Numbered from the whole stretch's first letter, positions 40,745-53,184 are shown. The stretch is DNA of 63,929 nt, filler included, from Octopus bimaculoides (GCF_001194135.2; 6 parts of 6 records of this genome joined end to end with filler, not necessarily neighbours in it); one strand, 5' to 3'. The notes: generated by a model from the sequence alone, not told the origin. Numbers and translations: made by a program.

Positions 40745-41125
40745 TTTTACTCATTTCCGTCATTAGACTGTGGCCATGTTGGGGCAGTATCTTAAAGAAT
40801 GTTCAGTTGAGCAAACCAGCCCTAGATTTTGTTATTTTTAAAACTTGGTACTTATTCAATCAGTCTCTTCTGTTGTTACAGAGGTGTAAACAAACCAACA
40901 CCGGTTGTCAAGTGGTGTTGTTGTTGGTGGTGGTGGGGACAAACACAGACACAAAGACACACACACACATATACACGACAGGCTTCTTTCAGTTTCCATC
41001 TACCAAATCTACTCCCAAGTGTCTTCTATAATAGAAGACATTTTACACAAAGGTGTCACACAGCTGGGACTGAACTCAGAACCGCATGGTTGAGAAGAAG
41101 GCTTCTTACCACACAGCCATGTTTG
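40745..41125 (-). mobile_element. SINE A+B
   Basis: Inverted relative to the copy at 40241-40655. Confidence 0.8.
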
Positions 41126-41247
41126 CACCTATTGCTGATAATTATTTTCATTTTCTTTTTCTTTCACTGTTTGAACAACAACAACAACAACAATGACAAC
41201 AGCAATATCAACAATAGTAAATGCTTCGATTCTGCAGACTCTCTTAC

Positions 41248-41254
41248 CATTGTT
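41248..41254 (-). CDS. Possible 7-nt micro-exon AACAATG
   Basis: gttgccattttatcag|AACAATG|gtaagag on the minus strand; phase 0 to 1 would fit the 34504 acceptor. Confidence 0.2.
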
Positions 41255-41306
41255 CTGATAAAATGGCAACATATACATATATTTCATATGCTACTGTTGT
41301 TATTAA

Positions 41307-41340
<34 letters not shown>

Positions 41341-42484
41341 GTTGTTGTTGTCAAATAAATTCATAAATAATATATAAAGAATATTAAACAATAAAAAAAA
41401 ACAGCAGGCAGTAGAAACCACCACTGTTGTAACTACAACAGTTACTTCATTATTATTATTATTATTGTTATTATTATTACTTCCTTACTTCATACAATAA
41501 ACTTGATGAAAATATCATAGCAAATTCTTATTCATTTCAATAATGGTAAAAATGTAATGCCGTCAAAAATGTGTGTTTGCGTATGTATTTGTGTGTGTGT
41601 GTGTGTGTGTAAACTACCAAATACTCATGCTCTAAAATATATTTATCTTCTTTTTTTTATCTTGAATTAATAATATAATCAATGTAGGTGTGTGATTAAC
41701 ACGCACATTCCAAGTTTACTTTAGCACATTGTAAGCATGCATATCACACACACACACACACACATATGCACACACACATACACACACACACATTTGTACA
41801 TATACACAAGTAAATGTGCTGATGCATTGGTATATGTGGATTTACACATATATAAACTCATATGTTTGTACACACACACACATATATATATGAATTCACA
41901 CAAATATATACACATAAACATATGAACTGTATGTATCTTTAGACATACATATGTATATATAATGTGTATGTGTATATATGTATATACATTTATGTTATAN
42001 NNNNNNNNNNNNNNNNNNNNNNNNNNNNNNNNNNNNNNNNNNNNNNNNNNNNNNNNNNNNNNNNNNNNNNNNNNNNNNNNNNNNNNNNNNNNNNNNTATA
42101 TATTATATATATATTTATATATATTTATTTATATATACATATATTTATATATATATTTATATATACATATAAATATATTTATATATACATAAATATATTT
42201 ATATGTATATATTTATATGTATATATATATATTTTATATACATTTATCTATATCATACATCCGTTTACACATTATATGCACATGTATATATATATTATAT
42301 ATAGATATATCATCATCATTGTATCTATTATATATATGTATATATATCATATATACATTATATACACGTGCATACATATATATATATTTGATACATGTGT
42401 ATATATAATATATAGATGTATATATATTATATACACATTTATATTGTTATATGCATGTATATACATAGGTGTATATGTGTGTAT

Positions 42485-42517
<33 letters not shown>

Positions 42518-43639
42518 TAATTCTGAAACGCCTAATACAAGGGAAAGGTTAATGCTGTTACCTTTTATATTTCTGGTATTATCACGTCTCAAAATATTCG
42601 GTTGTTGGATTAACGAGCCAATCTAATTAGTTCTGGAAATAATGTTTACTGTCTATACAACACTAGTATTAATGTCTGTGTGTGTCTGTGTGTCTCACTG
42701 AGAGGGGAGAGAAAGGGGGAGGGGAGAGACTCGGATTAGAGGACATTTCTATACAGTTAAGGGATTTATGCTAGAATCAATACACAGTTCTGGTATTAAT
42801 GTTTACAGTCTATACAAAGAGTAGGATTAATGGTGGCAAAGCGTAGCATAGCTTTCTGTCTATCTATCTATCCCTGTATAGCATATGTATCTCTGTGTGT
42901 GTGCATGTGTATTTATGTGTATATCTATGTCTCTATCTATCTGTCCATCTATCTATCTATCTATATATCTGTCTGTCTGTCTGTCTGTCTACCTATCTAT
43001 CTATCTGACAACCTACCTACTTATCTATCTATCTATTTGTGTATATATGTGTGTATATGCAGGTGTGGGCTTGGTTGTGGTGTGAAGAAGTTTGCTTTCC
43101 AACCATATGGTTTTCTGTTCAATTCCTTATGCACGGAGCCTTGAGCCAGCGGCTTCAACTATTGCTCCAAAATGGCCAATGCTTTGAGAGTGAATTCAAT
43201 GGAAGAAAACAGTTGGAAGCTTCAAATGTACACACACACACACACCTTACATATGTGTGTGTCTGTGTCTGTGCATGCGTACTTGTATCATCATCACCAT
43301 CATCATCATCATCATTTAACGTCCACTTTCCATGCTGGTATGGGTTGGCAACCTGGAGAGCTGTACCAGGTTCCATATATATGTCTTGGCTTCGTTTCCA
43401 TGACTGGATGTCTGCTACACACAAAATACGACGACAAACTTATTTAATTTCCAATTTTTTCTTATTTCCTAATCCTGGACTTTGAATTTTCAGTATTTGT
43501 TAAGATGGATAGACGCACAGAAGCTGGAAATATTTCATAAAAGTCACTTAATGTAACAAATATAAAAATACTTATCTTGTTCGATTAAAGGAAAAAAAAA
43601 AAAAAATGGTAAAAGTCTTTAAAGATACTGCCATGTTGT

Positions 43640-43739
43640 NNNNNNNNNNNNNNNNNNNNNNNNNNNNNNNNNNNNNNNNNNNNTTAATTAATTAANNNNN
43701 NNNNNNNNNNNNNNNNNNNNNNNNNNNNNNNNNNNNNNN
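43640..43739. other. Artificial scaffold-joining spacer
   Basis: 44 N + TTAATTAATTAA + 44 N. Confidence 0.95.
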
Positions 43740-44064
43740 ATAATTTGTTGTTAAATTTAAAGGTGTGGCCTTTTAGGGTGACCTTTATACTAGCTCCTAG
43801 TGCATGTGAGATCATTTTCTTTACCTGGTGGATATTAGTGGGGGTCCGTATGGCTCTGGTCCATCCACTCCATCTCTCTATAGGGGTCTTCCTAGCCATA
43901 GAGGTAATTGTGGGTGGTCTACCTCTTAGACGTCTACTAGGGCAGAAATCTCTAAGGTCGTATCTATCTAGATATACATCGTCATATGTCAATCTAAGTA
44001 GGAGGCCCAGGTCTTCGCTCTCGTTGATCATCTCCACGCACTTTTCCACTGCAAAATCCACGTC
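43740..44064 (-). mobile_element. Penelope-like RT fragment
   Basis: YPSIDVDFAVEKC...VTLKGHTFKFNNKL matches the PLE RT motifs LYPSI and F.FN..(Y)KQ; open frame cut by the linker. Confidence 0.6.
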
Positions 44065-44077
44065 GATAGATGGGTAG

Positions 44078-44546
44078 ACGGGCTTCTTCCAGTTACCGTC
44101 TACCAAATTCACTCACAAGGCTTTGGTCGGCTCGAGGCTATAGTAGAAGACACTTGCCCAAGGTACCACGCAGTGGGACTGAACCCGGAACCATGTGGTT
44201 CGTAAGCAAGCTACTTACCACACACTCACTCCCACGCCTTATATATATACGACGGGCTTCTTTCAGTTTTCGTCTACCAAAATCCGCTCTCACCATATGG
44301 TTGGGAAGCAAGTTTCTTACCATGTGCATGTGGCCGAGCACTCCACAGGCATGTGTACACACACACACACACACTTACACACATACACACACATATATAC
44401 GACGGGCTTCTTTCAGTTTCCGTCTACCAAACTCACTCACAAGGCTTTGATCGGACCAAGGCTATAGCAGAAGGCACTTGCCCAAGGTGCCACGTAGAAC
44501 CCAGAACCATGTGGTTGGGAAGCAAGCTTCTTACGACACAGCCACT
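44078..44546 (-). mobile_element. Three head-to-tail SINE head A copies without body B
   Basis: acgggcttctttcagtttccgtctaccaaa recurs at about 44078, 44250 and 44400. Confidence 0.85.
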
Positions 44547-44953
44547 NNNNNNNNNNNNNNNNNNNNNNNNNNNNNNNNNNNNNNNNNNNNNNNNNNNNNN
44601 NNNNNNNNNNNNNNNNNNNNNNNNNNNNNNNNNNNNNNNNNNNNNNTATAAATGCACGTATAAGAAGTTATATATGTATACATGCATACATATGTGTATA
44701 TGCTCATACATATGGATTTATGTATATGTTTACGTATAAATCTATGTGTATGTGGACACCTACGTATGGGCGCACACGCGCGTTTGTAGTTCTACCTTAC
44801 ACAAAGCTTAAGTAAGAGAAACTGACGCTTTCTCATCGACTATTTAGACACACCACATATGTCGTTGCGTAGTTCAGTCTTTGGACTATTGCTATGGCAA
44901 CGGATTAATGGTACTGAGTAATGGGGGGCGTATCAATCCTCAATTATGCCCAC

Positions 44954-45024
44954 GGACACATAGCGTAGTAGTTAAGAGCGCGGGCTAGTAACCCCAAGAT
45001 TCCGAGTTCGATTCCAAGCAGTGA

Positions 45025-45069
<45 letters not shown>

Positions 45070-45385
45070 TAATCAGACAGGTAGTCATGATAGGTATAAT
45101 GGGCTTCGTATATTTTACCCCAGTGTCACTTTGATGGCATGCACTGCTCTCTCACTCAATAATAATAATAATAATAATAATAATGATAATAATGATAATA
45201 ATAACAACATCGAAAAATACCTTAAGAATGAGAACCCAGGTTCGAAATTTCCCCAAGACACCTGATGAAAGCTGGAGAGTATATCAGCCGAAACGTTGTG
45301 TTAACACCAAACAAGATGAGGACAAATAACCGTCAAATATAAATGATGTAAGTAATGTACATAATTTCTCATCTCTTAAATAGAG
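44954..45385 (+). mobile_element. tRNA-Thr(AGT)-headed element with (TAA)n linker and hammerhead-bearing tail; 84-nt insertion at 45074-45157
   Basis: Head 44954-45027 with A box tagcgtagtag, CT-AGT-AA loop, AGAT variable region and GTTCGATTCC B box; T-stem broken, so not a functional tRNA; tail contains a hammerhead core. Confidence 0.6.
45257..45302 (+). ncRNA. Minimal type I hammerhead ribozyme motif (PLE-type)
   Basis: Stem I GACAC/GTGTT; CTGATGA + extra A; stem II AGCTG/CAGCC; GAAA; palindromic stem III AACGTT; cleavage triplet GUU. Confidence 0.7.
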
Positions 45386-45892
45386 AAATGTGGAATCCTC
45401 AATTACTTGTCGACCACTACATGCACATAGATGTGNNNNNNNNNNNNNNNNNNNNNNNNNNNNNNNNNNNNNNNNNNNNNNNNNNNNNNNNNNNNNNNNN
45501 NNNNNNNNNNNNNNNNNNNNNNNNNNNNNNNNNNNNNNNNNNNNNNNNNNNNNNNNNNNNNNNNNNNNNNNNNNNNNNNNNNNNNNNNNNNNNNNNNNNN
45601 NNNNNNNNNNNNNNNNNNNNNNNNNNNNNNNNNNNNNNNNNNNNNNNNNNNNNNNNNNNNNNNNNNNNNNNNNNNNNNNNNNNNNNNNNNNNNNNNNNNN
45701 NNNNNNNNNNNNNNNNNNNNNNNNNNNNNNNNNNNNNNNNNNNNNNNNNNNNNNNNNNNNNNNNNNNNNNNNNNNNNNGAAATAATCTTGCACGCATATA
45801 AATCTTTAATCTTTGGCAAAGAATGAACATCGATAAAAACAAAATCAGAGTATACAGACCAAGTTGATATTAGTATACGTTGAGTGAAGAAG

Positions 45893-46180
45893 ACACGTGG
45901 CTTAGTGGTTAGCGTATTCGGTTCGCGATCGTTAGCTCGATTCCCGACTGCGTGTTTTGTCTCTTGAGCAAGTGACTTTATTTCACGTTGAGTTGTACTT
46001 GTAATTCGAAGGGGGCCAGCATTTTTTACATTCTGTGTTACGCTGAATATCCCCGAGCACTACGTTAAGGGTACACGTGTCTGCGGAGCGCTCAGCCACT
46101 TTCACGTTAATTTCACGAGCAAGCTGTTCCGTTGGTCGGATCAACTGGAACTCGCGTCGTCGTAATCGACCGACTGCCAG
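45893..46180 (+). mobile_element. SINE type D
   Basis: gtggcttagtggttagcgtattcggttc...ctcgattccc head; shared D 3' end. Confidence 0.8.
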
Positions 46181-46692
46181 TTTATAGGCTGATGTAATAA
46201 GGCGAAGAGATGCAGTCTGGTTGGTCCAAAAATACTGGACGTGTTAACCTTTTGCCTCTGCCGTGTATCCCATCTGATACGCAGAACATATTTCCCTGGT
46301 GCCCATGCATCGAATGCGATACACATTTCCAATCATTTTCAACCATCAGAGTAACTCGGAGCTTATGAAAGGAAAGTTTTATATCACTCAGAACGTATGA
46401 AACAAAGATAAACTAAAAGTCTGAAAACAAACACGGGCATTCAGGACAACTTATGAAAATGCCTTCAACAAGTAAAATGCTTAATTTGCTGACTCCGACG
46501 TCGGCTTCTACCGAGATGACAGGTTATTGGGGTTACATACGACGGTCGCACACAAATACTTTTAGGAAAAGTTCATTAGAACTTTTAATACTTTAGAATT
46601 AAAAATAAGTAGAAGCAACAAGTTTAGCTTTGATGATTGCTTTAATGTCCCATTTAGTTTACAATTAGACACACTCAAAGTTGTTATAGACC

Positions 46693-46850
46693 CGGGTATG
46701 TGGTTAAGAAGTTCGCTTGCAAGCACGTGGTTCCGGGTTCGGCCCCACTTCGCGCCCCGCTCCTGGACAAGTGTTTTCAACCATAGCTGCGAGTTGACAA
46801 ATACCAAATACCCTGTGAGTGAATTTGGTAGACGGAAACTGCGTGAAAAC
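46693..46850 (+). mobile_element. SINE head A variant
   Basis: gtatgtggttaagaagttcgct...ggttccgggttcggcccc...ttggtagacggaaactg. Confidence 0.7.
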
Positions 46851-46856
46851 CTGTCT

Positions 46857-46919
<63 letters not shown>

Positions 46920-47739
46920 CGCTTAGGAATTGTGAGACAAATAACCCAATGTAGATCTCAATATGTGTATGTTTCAGAACGAAGTATTAGTGAAGTACAA
47001 AGCGGCAATAAAGAGAGATGACAAAGGTGTACGTCCAACTTTTGGACATACACGTTTCTTATATACATCTGTCTTGAATTTTCTCATTGTTGATGCCGTT
47101 CCCTATATAGGAACAAATGTAATACTTTCCCAAATAAATTGCACTTGTTATTCGAGGCTCCGATGAAGCTATGAGGTGTTATTCAGGCACTCAACTATGA
47201 GCCCACTGCATCTTACAGCAGAAACAGCGGTAAGCTAACGAAGTTCATAAGATAATCATTTTTTCCTTTGCCATTTCTCTTTCTTAATGATTTAACTAAC
47301 TGCAGCTTCAAAGGAACGATTTCTTGCATTCAACTCACAGCCTTCACGGTCCAGTAACAGGCACTGAACAATTATCTGCTTCACACCCCCATTTTCTTTT
47401 AGCGTTAAGACAAAAATAGGTAAGCAATTCCTGGTCGCAATAGACTTCCTAGTAAATCATCGATATAAAAAGACACTCAATAGAAACTACATTAAAATTA
47501 ACTACAGCTGATCTGCAAATATAAATACTTTTACCATTAGCAAATCAGTTACACGCGCTGCTACAAGTTGTTCGCGTAGGAAAGCTGAAAGATATACTCT
47601 TATTCTTAAACGGTGGATATCATCGACTGATGTTTCATCAGAGAACAGCGGATATCGCCAATTTGAAAATTTTTATTTACTGTTATACATTTTAAAAAGA
47701 TGAAAAAGAAAAGAAACAAATGGAGATAAATGGGGGTGG

Positions 47740-47980
47740 GCAAAGCAGCCGAAGACGGAGTGGAAGGAGAGATGGGCCATATATCCCAGAACAAGTTGGG
47801 TGTTCAGCCGTGATGGCGTTGCTACGGAGATTGGCCAGCAACACTCGCTGCAGTGCCCACCCCACCTAGCGGTGCATATTTCTCCGACGGGCCGCCGCTA
47901 TCGCTATCTATTGACATCCGGGCGTCTACTTCGTCAATTACGTTTAAGCGTAAGCGGCCCTTATCGATAGGAGGAATCAA
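47740..47980. promoter_or_regulatory. CpG-rich unique island with reverse CCAAT and a CTCF-like motif
   Basis: About 19 CpG in 240 nt (hand count); attggcc at 47830; the minus strand of 47862-47876 reads TGCACCGCTAGGTGG. Confidence 0.3.
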
Positions 47981-48052
47981 GTTGCAAATGAAAGATTTAT
48001 ACAGCGATGAAGAATGTTTTTTTTTTACTTTCTTTCATCATCAGGTGATGTA

Positions 48053-49277
48053 TTAGGTTGTTCCGAAAATAATGGCCGATTTCAGAAACATAATTTTATT
48101 CTGGAAAAAGTAACACTAGAAATATTTTAATTAGTCAGAGTATAAGCCGTGAACATCTCTGCATCTCTGCCCTCAATCAACGAGATTATTTATGCCTCAT
48201 TGATAAAAACTTACTGGCTTTGATGTTAAGAAATCTTTGAAAGCTGATTCCACCTCTGGTTTGGACCTGAAAGTTTTATCACTTAAAAATGTGTTTAAAT
48301 ACTTTAAAAAATGGTAGTCAGTGGGTGAAAGATCAGGAGAATATGGTGGATGTGGTAAAGTCTCATATGCCAAGTCTCTGAGTTTCTACAGCATCATTCT
48401 TGTGGCTTTGCATTATCATGGAGCAGAATAGGGCCATGCCAATTCACCAATGCAGGTCTCATTTTTTGAAAGTGAGCATGCATTTCAGTGAGTTGATTGC
48501 AGGAAACTTCTGATTGGCTTCCAGAAAGTTGTAATGGACAACACCAATTGCAGACCACCAGACAATCACCATAATCTTTTGCAAATGCAACTTTGACTTT
48601 GGGAAATGTTTGGGGGACTCATCATGATCAAGCCATTGACCTGATCGTTTACGGTTATCATTAAGGATCCACTTTTTGTCACAAGTGACTATTCGGTCAA
48701 GAAAAGGATCATTGGTGTTTTGCAGAAAGAGCATCGAGCACACTTCAAAATGCCAAACTTTTTGATTTTCATTGAGCTCATGCGGTTCCCATTTATCGAG
48801 TTTTCTCACCTTAACAATCTTCTGCAGATTGCGTGAGACTGTTGCAATACCAATACCAAGTGCCTGAGACATTCTTCTGACACTTTGATGTGAGTTTTGT
48901 TCAACAATTGCTTTCAATTGTTCATTGTAAAGACTGCATGACCGCCCTCTACCTTCTTCATCTTCAAGGCTCTCATCACCACTACGGAATTTCTGAAACC
49001 ACCTTCGTAGTGTGCAATCAATTGCTCTGTTGATACTGTGCCCAAGCTTAAACTTATGCTAGAAAAGTAAGCGAAGGTCCTTTTTTGCCATGTTCATAAT
49101 TAAGGGCGCCTACACTTCAAGAATATTTTCTATCTGAAATAAGTAGAAAATTATTAAAGAGCAAACATCAATTATTAAGTTTGTTGAAATTCATCTAAAA
49201 TATAATTAAAATACTATGATAAAATTGCGTTTCAAAACACAACACTTAGAACGGCCATTATTTTCGGAACGACCAAA
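48053..49277 (-). mobile_element. Near full-length mariner (DD34D, Hsmar1/cecropia-like) with a pseudogenised transposase
   Basis: TIRs TTAGGTTGTTCCGAAAATAATGGCCG and its near-complement, flanked by TA; LDRIVTCDKKW..., WEPHEL, HPPYSPDLSPTDYHFFK motifs; stops and frameshifts. Confidence 0.92.
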
Positions 49278-49867
49278 TAGATGATGATGATGAAGATGAT
49301 GTTGATGAGGATGATGTTCTAGACAGAGGAAAGTGATGCTTCAACTACGTCTGGATGAAAAAAGTGCACTAATTTTCCACAATTTGCCCATCCGCTTGTC
49401 ACAATAATGAAGGAATCTTTGGATGGAAAGGAAAGTGAATATTACGACATTTTCCAACAACGAGATTGTAAGTCTTATTTTGCAAGAGATTAACAATTAT
49501 TATAATTTTTATATTTATTTGAAGTGAAAATAAGTATAAAATTAAGAAATATCTTAATTTTTTTTTGCTTGTTTGGCAAAAATTAATGCATCATTTTCCC
49601 GCAGTTTAGCTGTTAAAACAGGAATGCATGTCTGAGTCAGTCGTATGTGAAACTGAAATTACTTCGACCATGCCACAATGAGCATCCGAAAGGAAAAATT
49701 ACTAAAGTGTGTTTGTGGGTGGGTTTAAGCAAAGAATTTTCAACAACAATCCTTCAAATACGCTGAAGCGTATTGCCACTACATTGGCCAACCATATTTG
49801 GAACCTGAAGGAGCTGAATGCAGTTTACAGTATCAAGTAAGATATATTTGAAAGATGTAGGCCATAT

Positions 49868-50265
49868 CTTTAATCTTTGACTGAAACAATTCAGTCATTA
49901 GACCACTGCCATGCTGGGGCAACGCCTTTAAGAAATTTTCATTCGTATATTTCGACCACAGTACTTTTTTGAAAGCTTGGTACTTATTCTATCGGTCACT
50001 TTTACCAAACCGCTAGGTTACGGGGATGTAAGCACACCAACACTGATTGTCAGACGGCGGTGGGTGACAAACAGATGCACACACACACACAATTATATAT
50101 ACGACGGGCTTCTTTCAGTTTCCGTCTACCAAATCCCCACACAAGGTTTTCGTCGGCCTAAGGCTGCAGTAGAAGACACTAGCCCAAGGTGCCACGACGC
50201 GGGATTAGGCCAGGAATCATAAGGTTGGGAAACAAACTTCGTTACACACAACCACGTCTGCGCCT
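49868..50265 (-). mobile_element. SINE A+B
   Basis: Matches other copies. Confidence 0.8.
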
Positions 50266-51062
50266 ATATTTACAAACGGAGACAAGGTATACCATATTTG
50301 TACAACAGAGAAAACACACTTATTGTTAATGACGTAAATGCCAGAGCGACCGTTAACAATAAGAATAAACTGATTTCAAATTTTGACACAAGACCAGCAA
50401 TTTCGGGGGAGGGGGTAAGTCGTATACATCAACGCCAGTGCTCAACTGGTACTTACTTTATCGACCCCGAAANNNNNNNNNNNNNNNNNNNNNNNNNNNN
50501 NNNNNNNNNNNNNNNNNNNNNNNNNNNNNNNNNNNNNNNNNNNNNNNNNNNNNNNNNNNNNNNNNNNNNNNNNNNNNNNNNNNNNNNNNNNNNNNNNNNN
50601 NNNNNNNNNNNNNNNNNNNNNNNNNNNNNNNNNNNNNNNNNNNNNNNNNNNNNNNNNNNNNNNNNNNNNNNNNNNNNNNNNNNNNNNNNNNNNNNNNNNN
50701 NNNNNNNNNNNNNNNNNNNNNNNNNNNNNNNNNNNNNNNNNNNNNNNNNNNNNNNNNNNNNNNNNNNNNNNNNNNNNNNNNNNNNNNNNNNNNNNNNNNN
50801 NNNNNNNNNNNNNNNNNNNNNNNNNNNNNNNNNNNNNNNNNNNNNNNNNNNNNNNNNNNNNNNNNNNNNNNNNNNNNNNNNNNNNNNNNNNNNNNNNNNN
50901 NNNNNNNNNNNNNNNNNNNNNNNNNACAACGAGCCTTCACTAGGAGCTTGTGATAAGAATATAATGTTGAAAAAATATCATATCAATACGAATATGATAT
51001 AAGCACCCCACCCCAAACAGGCCGGCTTTGTGCCAAGATTTGAAACCAACATGAATATGATA

Positions 51063-51275
51063 TAAGGCAACGAGCTGGCAGAATCGTTAGCGCGCCGGGC
51101 GAAATTCTTCACGGCATTTCGTTTGTTTTTACATTCTGTGTTCAAATTCCGACGAGGTCGACTTTGCTTTTATCCTTTTGGGGTCGATAAAATAAGTACC
51201 AGTTGAACACTGGGGCCGATGTAATCGACTTTGCCACTCCCCCAAACCTGCTCACCTTGAGACAAAGTTTGGATG
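51063..51275 (+). mobile_element. SINE C
   Basis: aaggcaacgagctggcagaatcgttagcgcgccgggcg... core. Confidence 0.85.
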
Positions 51276-52588
51276 TATCGAAATCCTTATAGCAAAATTG
51301 GAATTTCACGTCGCATCGACAAAGAAGGGCCCGGAAGGACACAGCTACAGAGAGTTTTTATTTCGATGCGTTGCCATGTCGTCTCATGCGGCAATACTGG
51401 GCGATCGGAGAATTAAAGATCCTGTTGCAGGTGTTGCAGTAGCGCTCTCCGTCATCTGGGGGTAGATTAGATTCAGCTTTACTCTGGTCTCTTTTCTCCG
51501 TCAGCAAGCTGACCCTGACTGCCTTAAAGTCAGACATGGCTTGAGAGTAATTGTGGAGTGCTCAGCCACTTGCACGTTAATTTCATGAGCAGGCTGTTCC
51601 GTTGCTCGGATCAATTGGAATGTTCTTCGTCGTAACCGACGGAATGTCAGTCACATATACACACTCACACATATCTATGTGTATACTTGTCTTTACGTTT
51701 AATCTCTCATCGCTTGACAACCGGTGTCGGTTTGTTCATGTCACGGTACGCTACCGAGAAACAGACACATATGATAAATAACAGAGGTTGTTTATCTTTT
51801 ATCTTTTACTTGTTTCAGTCATTAGACTGCAGCCATGCTGGGGCACTGCCTTGGTGAATTGTAGACAAGCAAATCAACTCCAATCTTTATTGAAAATAAA
51901 GGAGTAAAATAAACACAAGGCAATATTTCGGCCATAAATTCCCTTTAACAAGAATAGACGAGAGCAGCGTGTTTATACGCAGATAGTTGAGGATAAATTA
52001 GGGGTTGTAATATATGCCAATTTGGCGCCTTGCAACCTTTGTTTCGATGTCGTTCACCGAACCTCTTACTTACCCGGGACGATTAAGAGAGAGAGAAAAG
52101 CACTCTATCAGAATTTGATCGATCGAACCACAGGTTTGTATAGCAAGGTCCTTAACCACTCAGCCACACATACACACGCACGTTGGATGAATAGAAAAAG
52201 AAATATTGTACAAAACAAGACTATATTGTCTAAGTAATATATGAATACAGTAAGAATGAATGCATTATCCTTCGAGTGTGATAAGAATTTAATAACAATA
52301 TAATAAGCCCCAAAGAATTGCCGAAGTGTATACTAAAAATTATTAATAAACACAAACACAAACAACGAATTAGGTGAAATTGTATTTAATTATTTTACAC
52401 CGTTGTTTATTTTTATACACGTAATTTGTGTTGTCTTCTAAATTCTTTATTTGCTGTCTTATTTTGTTTTTCCTAATGTTTTTCATTTAAAAAATCTCTT
52501 TCGACTTTTTGTTGCTAATAAGGTAAAAAAAAGAAGAATATCTTTGTATGTATGCGTGTATGTATTTATTATTTATTATGTTATGCAT

Positions 52589-52688
52589 NNNNNNNNNNNN
52601 NNNNNNNNNNNNNNNNNNNNNNNNNNNNNNNNTTAATTAATTAANNNNNNNNNNNNNNNNNNNNNNNNNNNNNNNNNNNNNNNNNNNN
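52589..52688. other. Artificial scaffold-joining spacer
   Basis: 44 N + TTAATTAATTAA + 44 N. Confidence 0.95.
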
Positions 52689-52733
<45 letters not shown>

Positions 52734-52984
52734 GTATGCATATGTGAATGCAAGTATTTATGTATACATATGCCTGCATGCACATGTGTATATGTATGCA
52801 TGTTTGGAAACATGCATACAATTATATGTACATGTCTGTATTAATGTATATATTTATGAAGGTATTCATGTGTATATACATGTATGTACGTATGTATGCT
52901 CAAAGTGCCATGCACTGGGTATGAACCCTGAACCATGTGGTTGAGAAGTAAACTTCCTTACCGCTCAGACACACCTCTGTCCAA

Positions 52985-53184
52985 GAGGGATTCCTGGCTT
53001 TGGGTAACAGAAAATACATAGGGATCAGTTAATTATGACATTATTCAGCATATTCCCTTCTCAGATTCACAAACTTATTGCAGTGGCCCTTCAGTTTACC
53101 TAAGCTCTCTAAAAGAACTTGGTAAGTTGGGCCTCTAGCCAGGCCTTTCGCAATGCCCTTAAAACGATGAACTTTTCAGCACCC
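52985..53184 (-). mobile_element. Internally deleted mariner derivative (MITE), copy 1
   Basis: Homologous to 53259-53464; end aacttttcagcaccc. Confidence 0.7.

Noticed and set aside
44954-45027. Functional tRNA-Thr(AGT) gene
   Set aside because: The T stem and outer anticodon stem do not pair, and it is followed by (TAA)n instead of an oligo-T terminator. Treated as a SINE head.
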